DNA of 64,000 nucleotides from Podarcis liolepis. Taxonomy: Eukaryota. Positions 29,201-43,400 of the stretch are shown one piece after another. Numbering within the stretch: position 1 is the first letter of the stretch; every line of letters starts with the position of its first letter. The position numbers and the translations under genes are program-made. The notes under the pieces are model-generated. The model was not told the origin of the DNA. It saw only the letters and a program-made list of their open reading frames with translations, and searched no databases. Where the stretch lies: assembly GCA_965112155.1 (NCBI GenBank), contig OZ218099.1, one strand, 5' to 3'.

Positions 29201-31041
29201 CGAAGATGTAGATTGACCAGGAATCTCTTTCTTTGCACCAGGTGGGGAGGCGTGCCCTTATCCAAGCCTTCATACGGTCCTTTTTACTCTTAAAGAGAAA
29301 GAGAGGGAGACAAAAATTGAAAACACAATGAGACATCAATCAGCTCCTTCGAGTGGTTGCAGCAGCCATTCAAACTGTAATCTGTAACGAGGAAAACAGA
29401 CAGGTGAAGAGCTCTTATGCTACTTTAATTCCCACCCTTGCCCATCAGCCCTGAAGATACCTTGCAGGCTGCAAGCTGGAGGCCGTCTCTGAATTGGACA
29501 TCCTGGCCTTAAAACAAGGACTAAAACAATTAATCTGACTGCGCGGAGATGTCACTCATGCTGTGTTGCTCAAGAATGGATTAATGGTATCTTACAGTAC
29601 AGGCAGGCTCCTCCACTTACAGAAGCAGCGTAAAGAGATGGGTGTCTGGCGGGGCATAGATTGAGAGAAATTTATTGTAGAGATATGCACTGCTGTGCAC
29701 AGTATCAGCTTAAAGACCACTCCAGCACGGCAGCAGCACTTTAAAAGTAAGTCACTGGGTGGAAAATGCAGACATAGCAGCTAAGAAAGAATAAATATAA
29801 TTGTCTCTCAATCTCAGATAGTATCAAAACTGTCAAGAAACAACTCGATAGGAAAAATAGAACACAGCAAACATAAAGGCGGCAAGAAGGAATCTCTGGG
29901 GAAAGATGGACAGGCATTTTCTTTAATATACGATATACTCCTCTGTGAGAGAAGAGTAACAAATAACAGAACCTACAAGAGTAGCTAGGTTTTACCTTTT
30001 CTCAGTGGATTGGTTTTCATGTTATATAAGGACAGATTCTACAGGTAAAATATAGGGGGAGATTCCCACACGGGAAGTGATGGGAACAATAATTCTGGTT
30101 ACAACTTGATCTCGGAGTTTACAAGCAATGTTCTCATGGGCACTCATTGAGCAGAATGACCAAATGCACTGAGGAGAAAATGACTGAATGAAATAATCAA
30201 GCCAAACAAAACTCTAATTTGCTCATGCTATTATGTGGGTCAGGTCACAAAGATGCAAAGCCACAGTCTGCTAGGAAAGCAAATTAAGGCACACGAGATG
30301 AAACCAATCACGTCGTTCCCAAGGGGACAATTGCAAAGATACAAGATATGTCAAATAATTTGAGCGTGTGGATATTAGTCACAATCTGGAAAATCCCTCC
30401 CTGTTTCCGATCTGAAAAGTCTAATTGTGCATTGTTGTTTATTTGTCCATCCTTCCCCTGATATGCACGCAGTTGTATGAAATGAATTCGCATGTTAACA
30501 ATGAAGTATTAAATAAATTTCCTATCACTGGGAATTTACGACCTGCTCACATATTACGAATGCAGGAAGCTGCCTTACACCGAGTCAGACCACTGGTCCA
30601 TACAGTTCAGCACCGTCTATACTGACTGGCAGCTGATCTCCAGGGTTTCTGTCAGGGGGGACAGATGATGACACCCAGCCCTACCTGGAGATACCAGGGA
30701 TTGAACCTTGAACCTTCTACATGCAAAACAGATGGCCTACCAATGGGCTTTGGTCCTTTCCATCTAATGTCAGATATGTGGCCTGATCAGATGATGTCTG
30801 TCCCACATGCATGGTGGGGAATGAGAAGCAGGGAGTAAACCTGCTCTACCCCTTAAGATAGCTCCAGTCCTCCTTCAAAAGCTGGATGACCAGACATATT
30901 ACCTACATGTCCCTATTTCCAACTCAGTCATAACTAAAGCTTTCCAATTATTCTCTCATTTTGATTTTCAAGTCAAAAGTTGTGCTTTCCTGAATAGAGG
31001 GGGGGGAGCAGAAATATAATGGACGGTGTAGAAATAAATTA

Positions 31042-31083
<42 letters not shown>

Positions 31084-31396
31084 TCCTGATAAGGCTCTTA
31101 GTGTGTGAATTGTGAATGCTCACCTTTTATCAACCTGGTTCATTGCCATTAGTTCCCCTATTTGCTGCTGCTTTGGCACTACATTTTTCTACTAATTATA
31201 CAGCAGTAACATTTTCCTGGATCAGTACTATAGCAATTCTAGACAATGGGGGTTCATACAGCAATGAGATGATGTCACACAGCATTTGACTAAGCCGGTC
31301 AAATTTGGTAGTATACTGACATCACCAAGGGCATAAACTATTAAATTCAGAGGGAGGACAATGCTTTCTGAATAGCTGAGCACTTTTGAAGCAATT

Positions 31397-31435
<39 letters not shown>

Positions 31436-34400
31436 CATTTGACACTGGCAACAATGTCCAGAAGCAGCAGCAAACTTTCCCCCCCACTTCAGCGCTATTC
31501 ATAACTCCTTAGCTCCTTCTTAGCATTTCTTTAAAAAATAAGCAGAGGTGAGTTTCTTATATGGTCATTTGGACAGTAAAAACTAGATCGGTCAGTATAA
31601 CTGAATGGAATAAGTGAAAAAAATCTATTCTGCATTGTCATGCGCACTGCTAGGACTCTCATTAGCCCCAGGTAATAGGTGGAAGAATGCCTATTGTAAT
31701 GAAAATGCTCAGTGACAAACTGAACTAAGGAACGAGAAAACTACCTGTCAAGCAAGGTGAGAACAGTTCAGATAACAAGGACAAATTTATTCTTGATCCT
31801 TGCCTCTCTGTTCCACAGTTAAATCTATGTTTTGTTTAGAGAACATGTGAATCTCTTCGTTACTATAGTGAATCGCTCTGCTCCCCACTCTTCTCCTCCC
31901 CTTCCCAATAGATTGATGGGCTACATCTACTATGTATCACCTGATTCCCAAATACCAGGGGGGAAAGGCCTTAATTAGGCAGGGTTATTTAAAGATGTTA
32001 TGTCCACGAGTCCTAGCTAGGAGGCTTCCCTCGAGACATCTAGTAACAGCTATAGCTTGGTCCAGATAATTTTGTAATCTGGATGAGTTCCAAAAGCATC
32101 TGCTATTCAAAGCATCGCTTGGTATTTATCTTGAGGCTTTGTAGTTAAATCAGAATGTGTCAGCAGCCTAGAATGCCCCTTTATATCTCCCTTTTGTCCA
32201 ATTTTAATGCCAGAGATATTTTGAGTTTGTGTAATTGTTTCAAGCAAGTCAGTCAAAGGGCTTTGAGAAAAAGTCTGTGTGTGTTTGGGGGGGGGGGGAG
32301 GGAGATTATTTCACTTTCCATACCGCCTGCTCAGTAGGAGAGGGTAAACGACTGGACCAAATATTTGCTTATGCACGGTTTTCTTTTAGGGGCAAACTGA
32401 GACAAAGGAATTAAAAGAAAGGTAACAAAATAAAATTTGAAACGAGAGTGTTGAGCTGGCCTAGAAGAAGCTGGTCTACATCTAGATTTTGCTGGGCTCC
32501 CCCCCCCTCAAAAGAGTCCTTCTCCCCCATCCATAAGATTCTTTCTCTGCAGAGGCCAGAGATGGAGGCTTGCTTACAATCAGCTTGATTGCTTGTGAAG
32601 TTCACATTATGTTCAAAGAGATGGCTCAATTATGTTATTCTAATCACATCTACTTCAGAAGACACACCTGGTCGGTATGAATATAGATGTGGAAGAAAAG
32701 AACACTGTAACAAACACATTTGATAGTAAATATTATGAAGGGATTCTGTAATGTACAAATGCAAGCAGAGTCCCTGTGGATGCAGATGTGAATATATGTC
32801 TATCCAAGGACTACATTCCCTTTGATATCAACTGGTGTTTTACTTAGAAATGACGGTCGGGGTTTTAGAAAGGCGTCTCAGTGATTCCTTTAAGTAAGAG
32901 TATTGATAATCCCCTGATTGGGGGTGTCCAATGTTCTTAATGTATACTTAAGGCCAATGACACATAGGTTTCTGAAAAATGGGGAAAATGTATAAAAAGG
33001 AGGGAACAAGGAAAAGCTTACGGAAAAAAAAGTGGCCGCTATTGTTTAACTTTCCAAGGTCAAGAACAAGTCCCAGAGCTTTGCAAAACCAACTGTTCAA
33101 AGACTTATGAAATTGGTTTTTTTAAAGCAGCAATTTTCTACAACCTTGAATGCAAGAACTTAATACCAAAACAACCACAGGTTTTAATGGGTCACAGAAG
33201 TAAAGCTGGAAGTGGGATCCCAATGAACATGTAATGTCTGCCGATGGAATGGGTCCAAGTTTCTAAGTTTACAAAGATGCAAAGAAAAACCTTCATATGG
33301 GCAAGTAACACAAGCTTTTTGTTTCACTCCAGTTGAGGTTTCCCTTGCAATGCAAATAATAGCTTCAGAGAGGTCATTTTTGTTTAGACTTAAGGCAGGA
33401 AAAGAAAAAAAGCTAGTTTCAGCTGCCAATAGTCCTGAAACTGCTCAAGCTTCCCCTCAGCTCCTTTTTACATACCATAAAATGTGCATGTTGAATGCAT
33501 TTGCACAGTTAAAATCATGTCTAGTTTGGCCTGCAGTCACCTAAGACTTTCATTGACTTAATCACTATAGGATGGCAATGGCTTAGGGTTTTGGTAAACC
33601 ATACTTAATCGTTAAACCACAATTTCTGGCTTAGTGTTATGTCAAAATTAGGGATCATGGTTTGCTATTTACTTACTCATTCCGATTAATTTGGAGCAAA
33701 ACAAACCACAATCCCTGGTTTGGACTCAACACTTAGCTTAGGATCCTGGTTTCTTTCTCCTGTATGCTAGCAAGGAGGAGCAAAGCAGGCAATATTTACT
33801 ATGGTTTACTGTGACATGCAGATGAGGCCCAGTGTAATTTTTACCTGAAGGTCCAGCTTCCTCCTTATTCAGTGGTGAAAGCAAAGTAAACACATGGAGA
33901 AGCCATCCTGACTGCCATACATTTGATGGGCTGCTACTCAAACCAAGACTTTAAGCATAGTGACACCAGCATTTTAGAATATATTTCCTATTGAAATTAA
34001 ACAGGCACCTACAATTCTCACATTTTGTCCTTTAATGAAAAGGTTATTCTTCTGTCAAGCATTTTTAGAGAAATGATTTTATTCATTGTAGGTCACTTGA
34101 CACTGTACTTTGTAATTTTATGATGCTATAGTGGATTTTTATTGTTTTGTTCATTTGTTTAATTTGGTACACACCATGATACATGCTAATCTCACACCTG
34201 GTATATGCAAACTGAGATCCAACCTGCAATAACTAGACTCGTTCATAGGTTTGTTGACACCCTGTGACCAAATCGTTTTTGCTTCAAATCATTGGTTCAT
34301 GCATAGCAGTTCTGCTTTTTGCATGTGTTCATTCCTGTTATAATTTCACCTTGCAAGATAGTCCCCCTCACTCATTCGCTGGTCCTATGTATGGGTGGAT

Positions 34401-37400
34401 TATCTATTTACCTCCCGACTCACATGCACACACAACAAACTCATCTATTTCCACATCCTTAAGGATGCTTACAAAAAGTTCATGTCACAATCAATTTATT
34501 AGTCTTAAAGGAGCCACAAAACTTGTTATTTTTACAGCTACGTACCAACGCATCTACTTCTCTAGAATTTGTTTCTAATAGTTGCAGATGTTCATGTCAT
34601 GTTTTTCACCTGTACTGCAGAGAAGAGATGGTCCCATGAGTCCTTGTATGCCCCTCCAGGAGCCAAGGCTATACAAGGAACAATGTCTGCAGGTTTTGAT
34701 TTGATTAGTCACATTCTGCATCTTCTGGGTGCCCAGAGGCCTTGTTCCTTCCTAATGGATGCTCTGTGCAATCTCTCTAACTGCACTTGATGGGAGTTGA
34801 AGGAGATGCCTGTCAGCTTGCAGTTTACTTCTTTGGAATCAGCTGTATGTATGTGTTGTTCTGTGTGCTCAGGAGCTGCACCTGAATTTACATAAGTCTG
34901 GCTGTATGCCCCTGTTCTAACTGTGGGTATTCATTGGCAAGCAGAGATACAGGGATAACTTAGCCTCATCAGTCTATCCAGCTCCAAAATGCAGCTGATT
35001 TTTCTCCTGTTTTACCCGTTCCTTTTAACTAACGTTTTCTAAATGGCCTCCATGGCCTAGGAAAGAGCAACATTCATTAGAGTACTGCCTCTTTATAATT
35101 TGAGGCTAATAGGACAATTTCTCTCCTTCCTTAGGAATCTCTAAAGGGAATATATAGAAGCAGAAATCATCCACTTGAAACCGAGCACAGGATATAGCTC
35201 TGTCTTTGAAAAAAAGGGAAATTTCTCTCTCTCTCTCTCTCTCTCTCTGTTGGCTAACAATGCACACTGAATAGCTGAAGATAATCCACTTGCTAATGCT
35301 GGGCTTACCAGTCTGGGCTGGCTACCCATGAAGACCCACAGAAAATTCTGAATGACTTCTGAAAATTCTGAAGGAGTCTAAAGCAAGGGAACGGAAGGGC
35401 ATGCAGGGCAAAATGACAAGATTTAGCTTCCCTCCCTCCCTCTGTGATTTCATGCTTCACAATACACAGACATTGGGGCTGTGCTGGATAAAAACCACAA
35501 CATGACAAACTCACACAGCAACCTGGTATGCCATAGCATTTCCCCTCACTCCACCATCTTCAATCCAGCCTCTACTTGGAGTGGAGGTGGATTTCTATAG
35601 GTCACTCCAGGGGCTTCCTACTGGGATTGAGGGGGGGGAGCCACTGCTGTCAATAGGAGCTTACCTCCCATAAGGTAATTGCCTTATGGGGGGATTTTTA
35701 AGGGGACCACATTGGATGAAGTGTTAAATAAGCTTCCCCTCACTGCATGCCGCAGTCCCAGTGAAAATTACGCCTTTCACAGAAAGCGTTGTGTGCTACT
35801 CACTTAACATATGTAATCAGGGCCTCGGATCCTGTGCACATCTTACATTGGGCTGCTATGGCTTCCCTTGATTAAACACTTTCCGTTCCAGTGACTGAAG
35901 GAGACATGGCCCCCAATGGATTCCTTACTTGACAAACATGGATTCCAGTGATGTTTTGTGTTCATTAAAAAACAACACCCCCAACAATTAAATAATGAAA
36001 AAGCAGAACTTTCCCCTCTCTTCTAAACCCTTTGAAGCAAAGGGTCTAGGCGTGCTGGCTCTCACTTACCAAGTTGCCTTCATCATCCATATCGTCACAT
36101 TCAGGAAGCGGATCTTCCAAATGAAGCTGCTGTACCAGAACTCTGGAGGCTGTTTTACCATTGCAATCATGGTGCTCTGATGCGGAGGTGTGGCTACTGT
36201 GTATGCTACTGGTCCGGTATAGAGAAGGCACCTGAAGGGTATCTTGGAAGTCAAAAGAGCCTTTGGTTTCCAGTGACTCAATGCGGTGAGGTATAGTGCC
36301 ATTAATGCTCCCAGTCCGACTGGACTGCTCTTCATCAGAGCTTTCCCCTTCCTCTGAACTCTGCTTCCCATCCCCGGACAAAAGTGACTTGCGCTCTCCA
36401 CTTTGGTTGCGACGTTTCAAGCTGGGAGCCCGCCCTATGCTGTTCCAGCTTGACCTGCGGCTGTTCCAGCTACCTCCGGCACTCCAAGGACTGTGTGGGG
36501 AACTCCGGGCGCTCACCTGGGGCAAAGCAGTGAAGAACAGGTAAGAAAACCAAGCCAGGTGCTAAACAATAACCATCTGGGGCCTGCACTCAATTAGCAA
36601 GGCCTCAAGCCATCAAACATCGCAGTAGGTGCTCTGGTATGTCACACCCTTGGAAACAACCGCTGAGACAAGAAACAAACAGCGTGACAAGAAAGACAAC
36701 TCACGTACCGGAGATTTGAGATCATATGTATTAGGATCCATGGAGATGCTACTAGCTCTTCGGGAATCATAGCCTTGAGCCGCTTCCCCATAGATGGCAC
36801 TTTTTGGCATGGGCATTGGTGTAGCGGCGGTGTGGATGATGAGCGGAGGTGTTAAGCTCTTCTTTAGCTCTGGGTGGTCACAAAGAGCCATCACTGAGAA
36901 AAACAAAAGACATTTAGGTCATACCCTAAGGGTGGAGGCACGTGAATGCATGTGTCAAGGTCTTGATGCCAACTTGATGCCATGTGCTTCTAATCTAAAG
37001 GGGTTTCTCCTCATCATCTCTCCCACCCTTGTATAATATGAGTTTCACGTTTTTCTGTTTGTACACTTCTTGTACTCTACTCTCTTTCATTTACCTTTGA
37101 TCACTCTTCCTAAATGCACATGAATTACAAGTAGCAGTGCTCTGCTTTTTCCATTCCCATTGAGAGATACCAACAAGGCCAGTCTCCCTTTTCTGGTGGA
37201 TAGTCTTTAACGGCACCCTTAAAGGTAAGCAGCTTGGGCAGGGGAAGGAGCAACATAATGTACAGTAGGCTTCTCCAACCTGATGTCATGATGAGGTTGG
37301 ACTACAATACCCATCGATCCCAGCTGATATACAGTAGTATCAAGTCTTCTTCCCTACACCCCCCCCCCACCATGAGAAGGGAAAGAGACCGGCCCATTAA

Positions 37401-40400
37401 GCTAATGGTCTGTAAGTCATGTATGAAATTTTTAAGGCCACCAAACAGGACTTTCCTTTCTGAATTCTTTTGATTACAATCATTCAATTATGTTCTCTTT
37501 TGAATCAAAATCACATTAGTTCAAAGTGAGACTATTCTGGAGTTAGAAGTTCAAGAAAAACAACACCCGCTATTCATACTAAAATGAAAAACAGTTCTCC
37601 TTGAAGGAGCAGCTACTTACAGGCTGGATTTGAAAAGTTCTTCAGCCCACAGTCTTCTTCCAGACTACGGGGGAAAAGCTCCCCTTCAGAATCAGATTTA
37701 GTAGCATCACCCTAGATCAAAACAAAGTGCTTTAGCAAGCAGGATGAAAAGCGAAAGTTAACTCAGGATTCCCCTTCTGAATAAAAGGGTCCTTTCACCC
37801 AACAAGATATCCACTGTTCCACTGAAATTGTTACCACAATGGGACATCACCTTCCACAAAATGATGCATGCATATATTGATAGCACATCAATTCACTATG
37901 CAGTAATCCTTCAGGAAGGGCAGAGAGGCTACATTTTATTCAAAAGCAGCTAAAGACTTGAATGGGGCAGGAACAAACTGTTTAACCTCCATCAGTTGGA
38001 ATCTCAGACCGAAACACAGCTAAAAGCTCTACTGGCCAAGTAAAATTAGACTCTATTCTTAACTTACTTTCCTGGCTATTCAGACGAATTCCTCATACAC
38101 CTACATTCACAGGAAGTCAAAATGCTTCTTGCTGAAATTGATTTTTTAAATAAGATGTTTGCAAATTGCATTGAGACATATACACAGAAGGCAATTCACT
38201 AATTATTATCATTATTGATAATATACAAAATAATCAAGATTTTAACCAGGAATCTGAAAATGTATCTTGGTGATTACAGTGGGTAAGGGAATATGGGTGA
38301 CGATACTGGAAAATGGGAATATATAGAAGAAAGTCCAACTAAGTGGGCAGCCTCTAATCTGATTGCTGCATGCAGCTTTTTCAAAAATAGTTAACAATAC
38401 AAAAATCTGCAGTCAAAACCTTTTTGGGGAGGACACTTCCTATTGTTAGCTATCCTTTGGGAGGAAGGGTAGAATACAAGTTCAATAATAAAGATAGACT
38501 TTTACAAAATTTAGACTGGTACAATCTATTGATTAGTAGTGTGAATTCATTTATTTGAATGGCTTGAAGTAAATATATATATATATCCTATCTGGTTGCC
38601 AATGAAGAGCAGTGACATGGGTCTACATGACTGAAATGGTAAGATCTGGATACTTGGTTATAGGCAACGGGGTTCTACCCCATGGGCAAGTCCTGTCTAA
38701 CAAATTAGAAGCTTGAAGCTGACAAAAAGCTTGTCCCTATTAGAGGGTGGCCTAGAGCTTCTTCCAATTCCATGTTAAATAATTCACTTGCTCATTAGCC
38801 TCTGCCATTTGCTTCACTGTTAGGTTTCTAAGATCAGGCATCATTAACAAAGGGCCCTCAATACCTTCCCCGTCAGTCCTCTGATCCAATTCACTGGCAC
38901 ATGTGGTGGTAGATGGGAGAGTGTCATAACCCAAAAATATAAGCTAGGAATAGTATATACAATAACTATTCCAGTCTGATTTCCTGAAGAAATCATAATT
39001 CCGGAGAAAAGTAGTCTCCAGGGAGTTTGATGTGGTCAGTGGAAGAAGTTGATGCAGCGATAACAGAGAAGCCAAGCAAATTTTTACTTTCCTAGTTTTC
39101 TAGCTAAAGTAAGGCAACTACCACAGCAAAGTACAACAAAGTCTACGTTGCTGTTCTAAAAAGGCTTGGCTCACCCTGGTGACATTTGGTGCGTGGGCAA
39201 AACATGAAAAGCAGAATGGGCAGTAGTTGGGAGGATAATGCTAAATGGCTGGCTTTTGAAAACAATTTTTGCCTGATTAAAGAGTACAGGGCACATCATC
39301 AACATAAATGACCTTTATTTTCTCTAATTAAGTGCCTGTGTCTGTTTATCTATGTAGCTGAGCACATAACGTATTTTTTCTCCAATCAAGCTTTGAACTT
39401 TTTCTCAAAGATGCTTCTTCATCAAAATAGAGAGTGCACATAAACACAAAATCCTGCATCTTCACCAGGTCTGTATGTAGGGCATCAGGTCTATTTAGAA
39501 ATACTCCCCCATTATGGTAGGTGAGGATTGTTGAGGAATGTATTCCATTGAAAGGGACTTAAACTAATTAGTTTTTTTTTGTGACAGAGAATCAACCTGA
39601 CTTCTCCTCTTGGAAAGTTTCCCAACAGTATACTAAAGATGAACTGATTTATTTAAGACAATAATTAAAACAGGATTAGAAGCAGTAATCTATTAATCTC
39701 CACAATTAATGGATCAATTCATTAGTGGTTTAGACATGATTTAACCATGCTTTCACAGATAACAAGAGGCATAGCAAGAGGGAAGGACAGGGTGATGTTT
39801 CTTACTTGATCTAATGCTTATTACTTTAAGTCAGGGCAGAGTGGTGAATCTCAAACCTTTCAGATTTTGTTGGGCTTTAATTCACATCAGCCCTAGCTAG
39901 CATGGCCAAGAGTCAGCGATAATGGGAGTTTTACCTCTCCCCCCTTTTTTTCTTTACTCTGTAGCCTTCTGGTAACTTCCAGAGGACTACAGGTTCTCCA
40001 TCCCCAGTTTAAATGCAGAAGTATCACAGAGCTTCATGATCAACTGATCTCTTAACACCAAAAGAATTTGGTCCAGCATAAGGTATCATCTTTTATCTAT
40101 TTTGTATCTCTTGAGATTTAAAGTATGGAGTCTTAACTGAAGCTGCCCCCTGTTGAGATGATGCCCAGAATTAATAGCATTGCTGTAAAATAACTGCATT
40201 GCTTCTTTCAATCAGCCAATGCATTAAATACGTTTCCTCAACAATAACTTATTATGCTATTTAGTGGAGATAAATGGCTCACTTAATTATCTCTAAAAGG
40301 TCAGTTGTGTTTATATGCTTCAAAATGAGTATGATACAGGAGTATGATGGGCTGGATTTAAACCTGGGAAACTCCTGAAATAACTCCATGGGGGGTTTCT

Positions 40401-43400
40401 TCAGTTTGGCAGTCCATTTTTCTGCAATTCCAATTTCTCACTAATGCTTCAAGCAAAAATGAGAGAAATTCCTGTTCAGATATGTGCCTTTATAAGACTT
40501 GCTGCTTCAGAAAAATAAAGTGTTTTCGATGAGGAAATGTGCCAAAGCACGATATGACATTGCATAAAATATCACATTGCAAGCAACTATATTAGCACAA
40601 ATGTCCAGAGCCAAACTACTATGTATGTGGAAAAGTATGAATAAAAGAGAGGTTAATTAATTAACTACTTGGTGGTTTTTAGAGTGAAGCTGGATTAAGA
40701 TCCTCAGATTGAATTTTGTTATATCTTTTCATGATTTAGTTTGAGTTCCTAAAAATATAAATAAAGAACAGGGGGGAGATACTTTTATCCTCCAGCCCTG
40801 CAGCACCAAACCCCATGTTTTCTTTGAAATAAAGCACCCCTGCCAAATAATATACCAGCACCTTTGTCAGTACACTAAGCACTAAGTTTAGCCGCAGAGA
40901 AGCATCATCCACCAGGGCTCCAATAGAAATTACCTGTTTTTGCACTCCCAGTTTGCCTTTCTCGATGAAAAAGGCATCGTATGAGTGAATGTAGAGTTTA
41001 AATCTTTTTTTTCTAGAAGCACAAGTACTTTGAGATGGCCTACAGGGTATTAGAGATATACAATATGTAGGGAAAGCAGTATCTGGCTATAACACAAGAG
41101 GCTTTTCATCTAAATAAAAGCTGCTGCTTCCAATGCTGAATGGAAATGGAGAAAAAATGGGAAAGGATAGGCACATGGCAGGAATAGGCTATGGAAAGGG
41201 AAGCACAATTTATGAAGTGCTTGATTTCATGGAAATAAATGCAGCCTTGTAGACTTTTAGTATGTCAACATTTGACATAGCTTTTGTGTCATCATTCTGG
41301 GTTGTTGTTTTTTTAATATAAAGAAAACACTGTTAGCATACAGAACATTGTTAGGATTTAGGTCCATCAGCACATCATAACTCTATGAAAGAGTAGGAGT
41401 ATTAAAACTTGTTCTGACCTTTCCTACATACCCTAGACTGGGGGATTTCGCTCAGAGATTATTGCCCAAGTTATCTGCAGTTTTGTTTTTTGTTTTAAAG
41501 ACACCAGCATTTATTGCAGCTGCCTCGATTTTAGCACTGACTTTTCCAGAACAGAGTTGTCTCACACATGAGCATCCACAAAACGTGCTTGATTTTAGGT
41601 CTCTTCTGTCTTTGAGGGGTTTCTTTAATCTCTCTCTCTCTCTTTTAACAAGAACTGGGTGTGGTATGCAAAGCAGTTAACAGCCTGTTTGTAAACCCCA
41701 TGCAAGGTCAAGAATATGCTGAAAACAATATGGGTCACATTATCTTAGAATTCACTTTAATCCAATGGGCAGTCTCTCAGTGACTTGAATGGTCTCTGGG
41801 ACTAAACTAGTACACCCCTGCCATTGGTAGTAAGTAGATAAAACAATTTTATGTTGAGAAAGTAGATATAACAATTTGTATCTCTCCATGAACATGAAAC
41901 AAATCTACATGCATAAGGGCAAGTGCATTAGCGTAGTAAATGCAAGCAAATCCCAGTGATCCCGACTGAAAGCAAAACCTGGATCCATGGAGTCACAGGC
42001 AGCATGTTGCTCAAGCCTATCTAATGCTTGGAGAGCACTGGCCAAGGCATGAAACTGAACTTCCATATGCAAATATTATTTAAAATGGCATCTACCTTTT
42101 AGGGAGAAACCAGAAGCTTGTGAAGAAAAATCTCAGTAGGGAGGAAGGAAGGAATCCAGAACAGGTTCTCAATTATTAAGGGGACTCTGTTAATTCCCTC
42201 AAAGAAGGAAGAGACTTTAAATCAAGGCTAACTTGACAACAACAACAAGTCCAAAACCAAACAGCTACCATGATGAGAACAGTGGCGATGATGTGATTGT
42301 TCACCACAGAGGGAGAGAATGAGAGAAAAAGAGAGAGAGAGAGAGACAACTATCAGACGAAGTTTGGGGTGTTCATGCCAAGGTCTTACATACCACTGAC
42401 GAGTCGACAGGCAGCTGAATACAGCTTAACTGCCTACTCGCTGCTTCCCGTTTGGTGATTTCCTGAAGTAAAAATGAGGAAGGAGGGTGAGGAAAGGGGC
42501 AGGGAAGGAAGGGAAGGCGGGTTTACAGGTTTTACAAATTTCAACATCAAAATTGAGAGAGTGGATCAAAGGGGGAACGATATTGGTATAAAAAGGATGG
42601 AAACAAAAAGGGAAAAGTGAGAGAAAAGGGAAGGCACCCATTGGGGTCAATTTCGTATCAAGGAGAAGCAGTGGAACAGGTCACACTACACTTGAGTCGT
42701 CTGATGCCTTCATATCTGCTCTGTACAAAGGATAGTTCAAGCTGTTGAACATCCTTCATGGGGGGAAAAAAATCAACCTTACCTTCAAATTAAGAGTTCC
42801 AAAGAATTCTTCTTTCATTTATTGCTTGTTTGTATATAGCACAGTATTAACAGTAATGCATTTTTATATCTGTTTCATAAGATCAAGTTTGTTTCTCAAG
42901 CAGAAGCCCCCACCTCCACTCCCCAATGCCACATAGTAAGCCACCTTTAAGGTTTTGATATAGAAAGGGGTATGTGTCTGCTGTTCAAGGGGGAGAAAAT
43001 ATAATCAGTCTGACTTTGCTGTAAAAACAGGCAAGGTTTTCATGCAAGTTTCAATTTGTTCGCTAAGGATTTAATTTTCTCTTGCCTGCCATATTTGGTG
43101 ACAGTACGGCTAATTTCCAGGGTAATGATGTCAGTAAGTTAGAACCAATTGAAAGGATGACTGGTCAAAAATTTGGACCTAAGCAGAATAGTAAAACTTA
43201 CATATATCAGCTGCTCAATCTAAACTATTATCAAACTCACTTGCAGAAAGGAAAGCACAAGGATAAGCCAGAAAATGCTAAAATGTGGGTTGCTTTTTTT
43301 AAAGGACAATTTTGTGATAGAAGTGTGTTTTAAGTATAAGGCATGGCCAACCCATTCCAAAGGCGCTACCAAGAGATGATTGTAAAATAGCTCATAATTT

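Noticed and set aside
43241-43277. Possible 37-nt poison exon (tttag|...CAA|gtgagt) upstream of exon 14
   Set aside because: Weak acceptor and pyrimidine-rich intron-like body; such site pairs arise often by chance
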